39,705 nt of DNA from Macrostomum lignano (Eukaryota), in NCBI GenBank assembly GCA_002269645.1, contig NIVC01000448.1, positions 1 to 39,705 of the forward strand, in the 5' to 3' direction. The position numbers and the translations under genes are program-made. Positions 1 to 18,000 of this stretch are shown in pieces; the stretch's first letter is position 1; each line of letters begins with the position of its first letter. The notes below the pieces were generated by a model, which made no database searches, was not told the DNA's origin, and saw nothing but the letters and a program-made list of their open reading frames with translations.

Positions 1-10
1 TCATTTTTTC

Positions 11-1255
11 TTAGATCCTCAACTCAGATCCTCAACTCAGATCCTGCAACTCAGATCCTCAACTCAGATCCTCAACTACCCAGATCCTCAACTACCCAGA
101 TCCTCAACTACCCATCCTCAACTACCAACATCCTCAACTACCCAGATCCTCAACTACAACATCCTCAACTACCCAGATCCTCAACTACCCAGATCCTCAA
201 CTACCAACATCCTCAACTACCCAGATCCTCAACTACCAACATCCTCAACTACCCAGATCCTCAACTACCCAGATCCTCAACTACCAACATCCTCAACTAC
301 CCAGATCCTCAACTACCAACATCCTCAACTACCCAGATCCTCAACTACCCAGATCCTCAACTACCCAGATCCTCAACTACCCAGATCCTCAACTACCAGA
401 TCCTTAACTACCCAAATCCTCAACTACCCAGATCCTCAACTACCCAGATCCTCAACTACCAGATCCTCAACTACCCAGATCCTCAACTACCCCAGATCCT
501 CAACTACCCAAATCCTCAACTACCGAGATCCTCAACTACCCAGATCCTTAACTACCGCAAATCCTCAACTACCAACATCCTCAACTACCCAGATCCTCAA
601 CTACCCGAATCCTCAACTACCCAGATCCTCAACTACCCAGATCCTCAACTACCCAGATCCTCAACTACCCAAATCCTCAACTACCCAGATCCTCAACTAC
701 CCAAATCCTCAACTACCCAAATCCTCAGCTACCCAAATCCTCAACTACCCAGATCCTCAACTACCCAGATCCTCAACTACCCAGATCCTCAACTACCCAG
801 ATCCTCAACTACCCAAATCCTCAACTACCCAGATCCTCAACTACCCAGATCCTCAACTACCCAGATCCTCAACTACCCAGATCCTCAACTGCCCAGATCC
901 TCAACTACCCAGATCCTCAACTACCCAGATCCTCAACTACCCAGATCCTCAACTACCCAGATCCTCAACTACCCAGATCCTCAACTACCCAGATCCTCAA
1001 CTACCCAGATCCTCAACTACCCAGATCCTCAACTACCCAAATCCTCAACTACCCAAATCCTCAACTACCCAGATCCTCAACTACCCAGATCCTCAACTAC
1101 CCAGATCCTCAACTACCCAGATCCTCAACTACCCAGATCCTCAACTACCCAGATCCTCAACTACCCAGATCCTCAACTACCCAGATCCTCAACTACCCAG
1201 ATCCTCAACTACCCAGATCCTTAACTACCCAGATCCTCAACTACCCAGATCCTCT
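11..1255 (+). repeat. Intronic minisatellite, 16-bp unit CCCAGATCCTCAACTA (about 75 copies); shorter variant units at the left end, decays to about 1385
   Basis: Directly visible tandem periodicity; lies upstream of the DIP2 exon acceptor at 1435-1436. Confidence 0.97.
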
Positions 1256-1436
1256 ACTTAGATTCTTAATTATCTTCTCAGATACTCAACTAGAATCCTA
1301 GATGTTTAACTTCCGGGATCCTCAACGAGAATCCCAGATCTTCAACTAGCTGTCCAAATCCTCAACTAGCATCCCTACATACCCCAACAGCTCTCCACTT
1401 TCCAACAAGCAATGAATCCCCATTGCGTCACCACAG

Positions 1437-7113
<5,677 letters not shown>

Positions 7114-7194
7114 TGCTGGGGTGCGCCTCATCTTGAGCTCCTGAATTTTTTCTGCTGTGTCTCATGTATTGCTTTGTTGTTTTGTCTCTGATCT

Positions 7195-7627
7195 TCAGTT
7201 GCTGAACCAGCCTCCCAAGATCCTCAGTTGCTGGGCCAGCCTCCCAGATCCTCAGTTGCTGGGCCAGCCTCCTAGATCCTCAGTTGCTGGGCCACAGCCT
7301 CCCAAGATCCTCAGTTGTTGGGCCCGCCTCCCAAGATCCTCAGTTGCTTGGCCAGCCTCCCAGATCCTCAGTTGCTGGGCCACCAGCCTCCCAGATCCTC
7401 AGTTGCTGGGCCAGCCTCCCAGATCCTCAGTTGCTGGGACAGTCTCCCAGATCCTCAGTTGCTGTGCCAGCCTCCCAGATCCTCAGTTGTTGGGCCAGCC
7501 TCCCAGATCCTCAGTTGCTGGGCCAGTCTCCCAGATCCTCAGTTGCTGTGCCAGACTCCCAGATCCTCAGTTGCTGGGCCAGTCTCCCAGATCCTCAGTT
7601 GCTGTGCCAGACTCCCAGATCCTCAGT
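7195..7627 (+). repeat. 28-bp minisatellite CCCAGATCCTCAGTTGCTGGGCCAGCCT (about 15 copies) just downstream of the DIP2 stop
   Basis: Tandem periodicity; begins about 80 nt after the TGA at 7111-7113. Confidence 0.96.
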
Positions 7628-8319
7628 TCATACCGATTAGCATTAGTATATCGTATGTACAATAGCTCATTGTTACAGTTAAATTTATAAGAACTGTCTT
7701 TTCTACCGGTTTCCCGTTTTTTTCTGCCTGTCTTTAGTTATAAAAAATGCAACGAATATTAAAAGATGTGGTTTGTTCTATCTGCTATCCTGATGTTGTT
7801 CATATGCTAATGATATTTGTGAAATGTTTTTGGTATTATTCAGTGTAAAGTACTGTTATACTACTATGGCTAGTATATTTATATTTATATCGCTAATTGA
7901 GTGGCGCATCTTCCTAACCTGGTTAATAAATATGTTGTCTTATATATCTGACATGGAATGCTTCCTTGATGAATAGTTAACATGAGCCCGTGGCTTTATA
8001 CTCATTGAGTCTTTCTCGTTTTGCCATTCTAAAAACTTTTTGTCTGGTTTTTTTACCTGATTGCGATGGCGCTTCGTGCATGTAGTAACGGGTGTGCTAG
8101 ATATGCGCGATTTTATTCTAGAGATTTTCTAATGTCATTTCAAATGTTTGTTTCGATAGTTTTGGCCTATCGTTCGTTTATTTAAAAAAAATAAATTATC
8201 CAATTTTTTTAACAATGCCAAGCCGCAGTTGCCAAGCTTATCTTATCTCTGAGCATTCTCAAGTTAAGCTGAGTTGACAGCGGTTAGTACGCTGATTATG
8301 CTTCAATTCAAACTCTTGT

Positions 8320-8342
8320 CGGTCTGTATGTATGTCTGTCTA

Positions 8343-8412
<70 letters not shown>

Positions 8413-8507
8413 GTCTGTCTATCTGTCTGTCTGTCTGTGTCCGTCTGTCTGTGTCCGTCTGTCTGTCTGTCTGTCTGTCTGCCTGTCTATCTGTCTGTCT
8501 GTCTTAG

Positions 8508-8551
<44 letters not shown>

Positions 8552-8672
8552 GTCTGTCTATCTGTCTGTCTGTCTGTGTCCGTCTGTCTGTGTCCGTCTG
8601 TCTGTCTGTCTGTCTGTCTGCCTGTCTATCTGTCTGTCTGTCTTAGTGTCTGTCTGTCTGTCTGTCTGTCTA

Positions 8673-8703
<31 letters not shown>

Positions 8704-8706
8704 TAG

Positions 8707-8751
<45 letters not shown>

Positions 8752-8850
8752 GTCTGTCTGTCTGTCTGCCTGTCTATCTGTCTGTCTGTCTTAGTGTCTG
8801 TCTGTCTGTCTGTCTGTCTATCTGTCTGTCTGTCTGTCTGTCTGCCTGTC
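8320..8850 (+). repeat. (TCTG)n microsatellite with TTAGTG interruptions; reverse complement of the 6313-6800 array type
   Basis: Direct; GTCTTAGTGTC interruptions near 8503, 8642, 8702, 8790. Confidence 0.96.
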
Positions 8851-9687
8851 TCTTTCCAAACGTTTAAAAACAACTGTGGTGAATTTGAAGCCACTTTTAA
8901 CCAAGCAAAAAGTTTTATCCTTGCTATAAATATTTTAAATTTTGACTAACTTCAGTTATCCTATGCTGTTAACTTCTAAGACTTGTTAAAGCTTTGCTTT
9001 AAACTAGCTAGTGAAACCGAACCATAAATTATTCATATTAAACATAGGCTGTGATTACTGCGCTTGTTGAATTTTTTTTATTCATGCTTTTATCATAGGT
9101 CAGTGTGTACTTTTGATTGTTCGAGTACGCCAATTAACATGTAGCTTTACAATTCCAATAAGCTTTTTTGCCTATTTTTTAAAAATAAATTGGTTTTAAA
9201 GTTGTCATACTACTTACCTACTTAACACAGTGCTTCAGTACTACTTGCAGTAGTATTTTGTGCTATCAGAGTATTTACATTTTATACGCACATAAATAAG
9301 TTTTGTTATTATGCATAGCTTTGCACTGAATGTTTATTATATTAAGGTTGGTCGTTATTAGCTCAATAAAATACTAATGTTAGTAGTATTTAAGCGCTTT
9401 TTATACATCTTTGAGGGTAGAAATAAATCATATATCATAATGAATACAATTTTATTGATTATTATAATACACTGTTTCTGAATGATTAACTCTGTTGGTT
9501 CTGATATGATTTTTGTAGCTTCTTTGCCAACAATTCAGCGCTTTTGAAGTCTTGTCTGTTTTTTGTCAGATTTTTTTCGCGAGCGAGATTACTCACGACT
9601 CTTAGGGAATTGTATGAAATATGCAAGTAGGGCACTTATGAAGAATTTTGCAGGTTGAGAACTATGTCTGTAAGGGGACCTGAGAGG

Positions 9688-11323
9688 ATTATCATTCTAA
9701 GGGGTATTTCTCAGATGGTAGATTATCATTCTAAGGGGTATTTCTCAGATGGCAGATTATCATTCTAGGGGTGGGGTGTTTCTCAGATGGCAGATTATCA
9801 TTCTAGGGGTGGGGTATTTCTCAGATGGCAGATTATCATTCTAGGGGTGGGGTGTTTCTCAGATGGCAGATTATCATTCTAGGGGTGGGGTGTTTCTCAG
9901 ATGGCAGATTATCATTCTAGGGGTGGGGTATTTCTCAGATGGCAGATTATCATTCTAAGGGGTAAGGGGTAGATTTCGATTCTAAGGGGTATTTCTTAGA
10001 TGGTAGATTTCGATTCTAAGGGGTATTTCTCAAATGGTAGATTTTGTTTATAAGGGGTATTTCTCAGATGGTAGACCGTAGATTTTGATTCTAAGAGGTA
10101 TTTCTCAGGTGGAAGATTATGATTATGGTGAGTATTTCTTGGAGGGTAGATTTCGATTCTAAGGGTTATTTCTCAAATGGTAGAGTTTGATTCTAAAGGG
10201 TATTTCTCAGATGGTAGATTTCGATTCTAAGGGGTATTTCTCAGATGTTTGATTTCGATTCTAAGGGGTAGTTCTCAGATGGCAGATTATCATTCTAAGG
10301 GGTATTTCTCAGATGGCAGATTATCATTCTAGGGGTGGGGGATTTCTCTGATGACAGATTATGATTCTAAGTGGGTATTTCTGAGGTGGCGCATTATGAT
10401 TCTAAGGGGTATTTCTCAAATGGCGGAGTTTGATTTTAGGGGGGGGGGGTATTTCTCAGATCGCGGATTATCATTATAAGGGGTATTTCTCAGATGGCAG
10501 ATTATCATTCTAGGGGTGGGGTGTTTCTCAGATGGCAGATTATCATTCTAGGGGTGGAGTATTTCTCAGATGGCAGATTATCATTCTAGGGGTGGGGTGT
10601 TTCTCAGATGGCAGATTATCATTCTAGGGGTGGGGTGTTTCTCAGATGGCAGATTATCATTCTAGGGGTGGAGTATTTCTCAGATGGCAGATTATCATTC
10701 TAGGGGTGGGGTGTTTCTCAGATGGCAGATTATCATTCTAGGGGTGGGGTGTTTCTCAGATAGCAGATTATCATTCTAGGGGTGGGGTATTTCTCAGATG
10801 GCAGATTATCATTCTAAGGGGTAAGGGGTAGATTTCGATTCTAAGGGGTATTTCTTAGATGGTAGATTTCGATTCTAAGGGGTATTTCTCAAATGGTAGA
10901 TTTTGTTTATAAGGGGTATTTCTCAGATGGTAGACCGTAGATTTTGATTCTAAGAGGTATTTCTCAGGTGGAAGATTATGATTATGGTGAGTATTTCTTG
11001 GAGGGTAGATTTCGATTCTAAGGGGTATTTCTCAGATGTTTGATTTCGATTCTAAGGGGTAGTTCTCAGATGGCAGATTATCATTCTAAGGGGTATTTCT
11101 CAGATGGCAGATTATCATTCTAGGGGTGGGGGATTTCTCTGATGACAGATTATGATTCTAAGTGGGTATTTCTGAGGTGGCGCATTATGATTCTAAGGGG
11201 TATTTCTCAAATGGCGGAGTTTGATTTTAGGGGGGGGGTATTTCTCAGATCGCGGATTATCATTATAAGGGGTATTCCTCAGATGGTAGATTATCATTCT
11301 AAGAGGGGGGGGGTATTTCTCAC
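9688..11323. repeat. About 37-bp minisatellite TTTCTCAGATGGCAGATTATCATTCTAGGGGTGGGGT with an internal higher-order duplication of about 0.8 kb
   Basis: Tandem periodicity; a rare variant block at 9961 recurs at 10820. Confidence 0.95.
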
Positions 11324-11655
11324 ATGAAAAAGGACTTTAAACTCAAGTGGAATCGCACGAACAAGGGTTATATTGAGGGCACTGAAGTATTAGTAAATAT
11401 TAGTAATATTAAAAATATCAAAATAGATCTTCCAAACCGTTTCTAAATGTTAGAACAGTTTTAAATGTACTTAACCGATTCAAGCAACTGCGCAAAACAT
11501 CCTTCAGGCACGGCACCGCCGAGTCGCGGTAGTTTATTTCAATTTTATTTCAGAAAAAAAGTCCATAGGAAATATAGGCCAACAGAAATTGCTTGTTGCT
11601 TTTTGGTTCAGTCGGTTTCAAAACATAGTTGGACTGGACTGGATTACCTTGCTAG

Positions 11656-11971
11656 TTAGAAACCCAGCAGATTGGTGACGCGTTCTGTATAAAAACAATT
11701 TATGAAAGGTTTTCCTTTGTAAAATAATTGACTGCAGCTAAAAGAAACTGACTAATTTTGAATACAACGCTAGCTTACTTGACTCCTTGAGCACGTAGAT
11801 GATGTTGGCGTGTAGGGTGCCCAGTCTAGTGATGATGGCATCGACTCGCTGCTGACGTTCGCTCGGGTCCGTGCAGTTCAACAGAATGTCAGTCAGCTCG
11901 TCTAGCAGCTGCTCCAGCAGACGCGACGATTCAAAGTTTAAATCGGTTTGGATTCCAGCAACGATTGACAT
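11656..11971 (-). CDS. Candidate small orphan protein, 73 aa, predicted helical: MSIVAG...VLKES|KRVTNLLGF; exons 11779-11971 and 11656-11684
   Basis: ATG in ACAATGT context, exon-like GC/codon content, donor AA|GTAAGC at 11778, acceptor TTTTTATACAG at 11685, in-phase join ending at TAA; further donor at 11647 and a possible UTR exon 9597-9679. No recognised homology. Confidence 0.5.
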
Positions 11972-12180
11972 TGTAGTTCTTGGTGTCTGTTTCTTTGTAG
12001 AAGTCTTAGCTAATAATGCTCAAGAGTGCTCTCGTGTTTAGCTAGTAATCTACTAGAAATTCTGTAAGCTGAATTAGTTTCTGTCCAAGTTCATATTTCG
12101 GCTTGATCACTCTCGACTTTTTAGTCTATGGTAAAATGACGCTTCTTTGGGGCTTTGCAGTGTGCACGAAAATTAGCCTT

Positions 12181-12690
12181 CTTTGTGAAACCGACAACCG
12201 AGCTTTTGAAATCATTTTGACACTTTGTGAAACCGACAACCGAGCTTTTGGAATCATTTTGTCACTTTGTGAAACCGTCAACCGAGCTTTTGAAATCATT
12301 TTGACACTTTGTGAAACTGACAACCGAGCTTTTGAAATCATTTTGACACTTTGTGAAACCAACAACAGAGCTTTTGAAATCATTTTGTCACTTTGTGAAA
12401 CCGACAACCGAGCTTTTGAAATCATTTTGTCACTTTGTGAAACCGACAACCGAGCTTTTGAAATCATTTTGACACCTTGTGAAACCGAAAACCGAGCTTT
12501 TGAAATCATTTTGACACCTTGTAAAAACCGACAACCGAGCTTTTGAAATCTTTTTGTCACTTTGTGAAACCGACAACCGAGCTTTTGAAATCATTTTGTC
12601 ACTTTGTGAAACCTACAGGCATGCTTTTGAAATCATTTTGACACTTTGTGAAACCTACAATCATGCTTTTGAAATTATTTGGACACTTAA
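12181..12690. repeat. 42-bp minisatellite GAAACCGACAACCGAGCTTTTGAAATCATTTTGACACTTTGT (about 12 copies)
   Basis: Tandem periodicity; accounts for ORFs 12103-12546 and 12126-12560. Confidence 0.96.
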
Positions 12691-13847
12691 ACCTTTTTAA
12701 AGTGTTAAAAAAGACTCAAGAAAAGAAGATAGGAGACTAAAAAAGAACATTCGCACAGGGACTAATTACAGCAGCCAATTTTGCATTTGATAGCCATGTT
12801 TGTAATGAATCTACACTGTAATGCGTGGGCGATCTGGCTCAAAGCGAAAGTGCGACAAGAGATCGAACTAAGGGAAAGGGGGGGGGAAGATATAGCGATA
12901 TCAAGATCAGGAATGATCAGAAGGGGAGGAGCAGGGAGTCCAGAATCCCGTTGCTAATTCAATGCCGCGAGAGAGCGCTGTTGGCCCAAAGAGTCTATAT
13001 GCCCATGGCCAGCCTCTCCCGGCGAGGAATTGTGTACTTTTCCAATTGTATGCATATATATGCCTTCTATATGCATACATACATGAGCCTTGCAGACTGT
13101 TCAATCTCGCCCAAAACCTGCCCTGCTCTGCTGCATCTTTCTCGCCTTTGCCCAATGGGATTCGGGGGGGGGGCTTATAGGAGGTGCACGGCTAAGAGTG
13201 GGGGAGTGAGGAATCTGCCATATAGTCCAAATTTGGCTAGAGATGGGAGTTGGTCTCTATCGCAGTGGATTTCTATTCTCGGCTTCTAATTCCTACCCTT
13301 CCCCAGCCGCTCAGTGTTCAAAAACTGCTATAAGTCCCCTTGTTTTTCATCCCAAATCTGTTTGCCTCCTGTACGCGCTGCTCCAAATTTTCTTCCCCAA
13401 GGCCTGTGCAGTGGAGGGGGGGAAGAGTTGGAGAGAGTTGACGAGGGGAAGAGAGCAAGATCGACAACCGAACTTTTGAGCTCGTACTCTTCTCGCGCAG
13501 CGCGGGGAGCGCACGGACGGTGTCTGAGGGGTTTGGGGAGCAAAATGCTTCAACACTGGAGGGTGGGTGGGTCGGTGAGTATCAGGCCAAGAGCAGAAAT
13601 GGGAGCAGGAGAGAGGAACGAGGTTGAGTTGAGCTCGCGGTAGTCGCGGATTTGTTGGCCAAGGCTGATCAGAGGCCTATATGCACTGACGGTTGATCGA
13701 GCAAGGCGAGAGAGTGAGTGAGGGCAGCTCTCCCTCTGTGTGCGCCTTCCCCCCGCTCCCAGAGTGTGTGTCTGTGTGTCAGCGCAAAGGGGAGAGAGAG
13801 AGAGCAAGAGCGGCAGCAGTCAGTACGTTGTGTTTTTCTGAGTCGAA

Positions 13848-13851
<4 letters not shown>

Positions 13852-13878
<27 letters not shown>
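13852..13878 (+). repeat. (CAG)9 in the probable 5' UTR exon of the RhoGEF gene
   Basis: Direct; downstream donor AAG|GTGAGT near 14117 and acceptor CAACAG at 14947 suggest a non-coding first exon. Confidence 0.75.
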
Positions 13879-13880
<2 letters not shown>

Positions 13881-15015
13881 GTCCATTCAGTGTCTGTCGA
13901 AGGCATTCTCTGACACGGAGAGGAAGAGCGTTGGATACGGGCCAGTTGCAGTGTTTTTAGCTGATAAATTTTGATAACCAAAGTGAAGCTGCAGTTTGGG
14001 GTGAAAGGGGATCGAGAGCAGAGACAAGGTTTTGGAGAGAGAGAGAGGATATCTTCTTGTCGAGATTCTTGCCGAGCGATTGTGCTGACATTCAAATCTT
14101 CTGAGGCTTTCACAAGGTGAGTCAATTTTTGATTCGGTTCGTATTTGGGGCGGATTTGAAATCCTGGGGGCGGATTTAAGATGCAGGTATAGTTTTAGAT
14201 TTGGGAGGGGGTTTGAGATGCAGTTGGTTGCAGATTTCGGGGGGGGCGGATTTCAGATGCAGTTGGTTTTAGATATGGACAGATTTTGGATTTTAAACTT
14301 GATCTCAGAGATTGAACTTCAGAATAAAGTAAAAAATATTGACATGGTGTGAATATATAATTTAATTAAATTGTACTTTTTCCTTAGTTTTTTCAGTTAT
14401 TGTAATTGCAGTGCAGTGCAGTTCCCAGTCAGTCAGTCCACTTTAGTGATAAGCTATATTTTCTACCAATTTAAGCTGCAAGGGCAGGTATGTACATTGG
14501 GTCAAGCTAGATGTACATAGACCGGGGATTTCAGCAATGCACGTTGGGCGCGATCGGCGTGCGGGGTAAGAAAGGGAGAGAGAGTGTTCAGAAAGGCACA
14601 GAGCCGATAAAACGAGGAGGGAATGGGCCGCAGAGGCCAGACAATTAAAACAGTTAGATAGCGAGCTGGGTAAAACGCACACTGGCCATAGTTTATCAAT
14701 AGTTACCCCTAGTATATATACAATAGCTCGAACCAGGAGTATTAGTAGAATCATACTAACCATAAAAATATAAACAGTAATATTTTAAAGCGTTAGCAAG
14801 GCTTCTAATGGCTTATTGGCTAGAGATATAAAATTTCCCAAACCGGAAGTGAAAACAACTCCACCCTGCTCATCTCTGAGAGAAATATTAGAGCAGCATA
14901 ACAAAAATAATTTGCTTTTCACTTGCAAACTGTTCAACACTCAACAGTTTTGTTGGCCTAACCGCCCCGGGCAGAATCAGACTGTCTTGTCGAACGCGAC
15001 GGCGCCTCGGAAGTT

Positions 15016-18000
15016 ATGCTGGCCGCAGTTGCAACCGCTTGCAACGTGGCCGCCTTGGAGGTGGCGTCTCAGCCGCAGCCGCAGGCGCAGCTGCAGTCCC
15101 GCCTGTCCATTCTGGCCAAAGCGTCCGAGCTGCTGATTCTCTCGGCCAAGCGGGTGCTGACTAGGCAGCACGGCGACACGCCCGGAGGCGGCGGTGCCAC
15201 CACGCCTAGCGGCGCCTCGGCCAACTGCAACTTGGGACTTCCGGCGGCGTCTGCAACGGCGGAAGCTCCGGCAGCGGCTGGAGACGGGGTCAGCGGCGAT
15301 GGTAGGAGCGCCAACGAGGAGGATGTCGGCGGCGACGACAGCGGAGGCGACGGCGGAGGCGGAGGCGGCGGTGGAGGCGGCGATGGAGACGAAGCCGCGG
15401 CAGCGACCGTTCGCCGTCATCACGCCATCTACGAGATTGTGGACTCTGAGGAGAGTTACGTGAACAAGCTCCGGTTCATAGCGGAGAAGTACATCCCGCT
15501 GAAGGACGATCCAGACGCGGCACTGCCGCCCGACCTCGCCGAGAAGTGGAGCATCATCTGGGGCAACTGGCGCCGTCTGCTTGAAGGCCATGAAGAAATT
15601 CTAACCAAACTAAAGCAGGCCTTCCAGACAGACATCGACAGTGTAGCCGGCGTGTTCATCGCCAAGGAGCGCCACATGACCAGCTGGTACTCCAAGTACT
15701 GCGAGAACCATCGCAAGGCGCAGCACATCGCCTGCGAGCAGCATCGCGAGTTCTTTGAGCAGGTACGCCAGACCCTGCGCGACAAGGAGGACATGAATTC
15801 TCACCTGATGAGCCCGGTGCAGCGCTGCATGCGCTACAGCCTGCTGGTTGGCACCGTGATTGACAAGGCGCGCAAAGACGGCCTTGAAGGTCGCGCACTC
15901 TCCGACTGGGAGCGAATGCGCGACATCATGCGCGAGCTGCCGCTCAAGACAGAGAGCATCATGGAGGCGTCACGCATCGACAACCTCGAGCCGGGCATCC
16001 GGATCACCGCTCTCGGCCAGATGCGGACGAAAGGCGTCGTGAGACTCGGCGTCCTGCCCGGTCCGTACAACCCGAGCTCGAATCCGCCACCGTCCCAGTT
16101 GAAATTTGAGCAACGGAAGATCTTCCTGTTCGACCAGATGATGCTGGTTACCGAGGCGAAAAAGTCCGGCAAAGCCAAGACAGCCTCCGACCAGTTCAGC
16201 GGCCTGCAGACAATCTACATCTACCGCAGCAAGGTGAAAATGAACAACATGCGCCACTTCTCGGCCTACAAGTTTCCCGAAGCCAGCGGCGAGAGCAGCG
16301 GTCAGCTGTTCTGCGTGGCGGACACCACACCGGGAGCCAATGTTGTCTACGTCTTCGACCCCGTGGACGCGGACACTCGAGCCCAATGGGTTGCCGAGCT
16401 GCGTCAGATGGAGCAGCAGCAGCAGGACTTTCTCAAGGTGCTGCAGAATCCCGTGATGGCGAGCGGTGGAGCCGGCGACCAGGCCAGCGGTGGCGGCGGC
16501 GCAGCTGGCGGCGGACCCGGCGGCAGCGGTGCGGTCGACTCGGGCCGGAAAAGCGTCAAGGACAAAAGCAAGACGGAGGGCAAAAGGTGAGCGAATTTGC
16601 AACTGAACTATTTTTTCAAACTTATGACTATGTTATACATTGTCCGTTTGCACGTCAGACTGTCAGAATCTGTCAGTAAAAGTTCAGTGATGCGAAAATT
16701 AATGCCAGGCTGGGTTAAAAAAAACGCCATATTTACGAGCGTAATGTCTGGATGCGTGTCAAGAACATCATCATAGGTTGAGAGTCAGGAATATCGGGAT
16801 AAGTGTCACAAACACCAGAGTGCGTGTGTCAGGATGTGTCAGAACACCAGCGTGGGGTTGTGTCAGAGTGAGTGTCAGGAAATTCATCATTGGTATTTCA
16901 AGATGAGTGTCAGCAAAATCAGAATCGGCTGTCAGGATGAGTTTCAAGACAATCGGAATTTCTGTCAGGATGAGTGTCAGGAAAATCATAATCGGGTGTC
17001 AGAATGAGTGTCAGGTAAATCAGAATTGGTGTCAGGATGAGTGTCAGGAAAATCAGAATTGGTGTCAGGATAAGTGTCAGGAAAATCAGAATTGTGTCAG
17101 GATGAGTGTCAGGATGAGTGTCAGGAACACTCAGATGTTTGTCAAGATTGCACTATTAGAGAGTCATTTAATTGGATAAATATTCGCCATCTCCGTTAAT
17201 ATTTATGGGGTCTGAGATCTGCAATTATTTATTGAATTTGGCAAATGATAATTTCACATACAGGTATGCTGTTAATCTGTGCTATTTCTAACAACTTCCA
17301 CCCCACTTTTCAACGTGTGTGCAAAGCGCAATGACTTTGTCAGTTGGCAAAATAACTGTACACTGTATATAGAACACACGCGATTTTCAGTGAAAATGTG
17401 CACTTTTAACACACCTTAGGAAATGTTTAATATCCACTTTATGACAAGCTGACACGGTGTGTGCGCGTGCGTATATAACAGATCAAAGTGATTAACACAG
17501 TTTAAATAAGATTGTTTACATTATCAACCACCTCCAGGCAAGCGGGACGAGCGCTTCTAAATTGTCTTTCCAAAGTTGCAATTGAAACAGATTGTTTCAT
17601 GCTGATAAGATCTGTGTTTCACTCTATGGTCAAGTAAAAAAACTCGTATAGGTGTTCACCTTTTACTACAAACAGCAATAAAAAACCTAAATATGCACTC
17701 GTAAAATTAATTATAAAAAAGCATTTTCGTTCTACTCTACTTACACAGGGTAGAACAAATGAAGCGTAGCACGTGAAATTAATAAAAAAACATTATATTA
17801 ACTACTCTACTAATAGTAAAAGTATAAGGAAAACAGTTGAAATATTAAGAAAAACGGCGCAACTTTATTGCAGACGCTACTTCTATATTCTATTTCAGCT
17901 TCAATACCAGCAGCATGAGGCTGCCCAACAAGTGGGGGTAAGCCCTCCATGCTTAACAATAGCTTAACCTTTCAAAATTGAGAATATGTCAATCAAATCG

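Noticed and set aside
7157-7690. PQLLGQPPRSS-repeat ORFs
   Set aside because: Translation of the 28-bp array after the DIP2 stop; all three frames are open
13693-13974. PolyQ ORF upstream of the RhoGEF
   Set aside because: Starts at TTG, derives from (CAG)9 and GA-rich UTR sequence, and cannot join the RhoGEF frame because of an in-frame TAA after the 14948 acceptor
14700-14770. Possible tRNA-derived SINE head on minus (TGGTTAGTAT...GGTTCGA)
   Set aside because: Box spacing is too short, there is no cloverleaf and no TSD or tail; too weak to call
15970-16602. 210-aa antisense ORF over the RhoGEF
   Set aside because: Shadow of GC-rich sense codon usage
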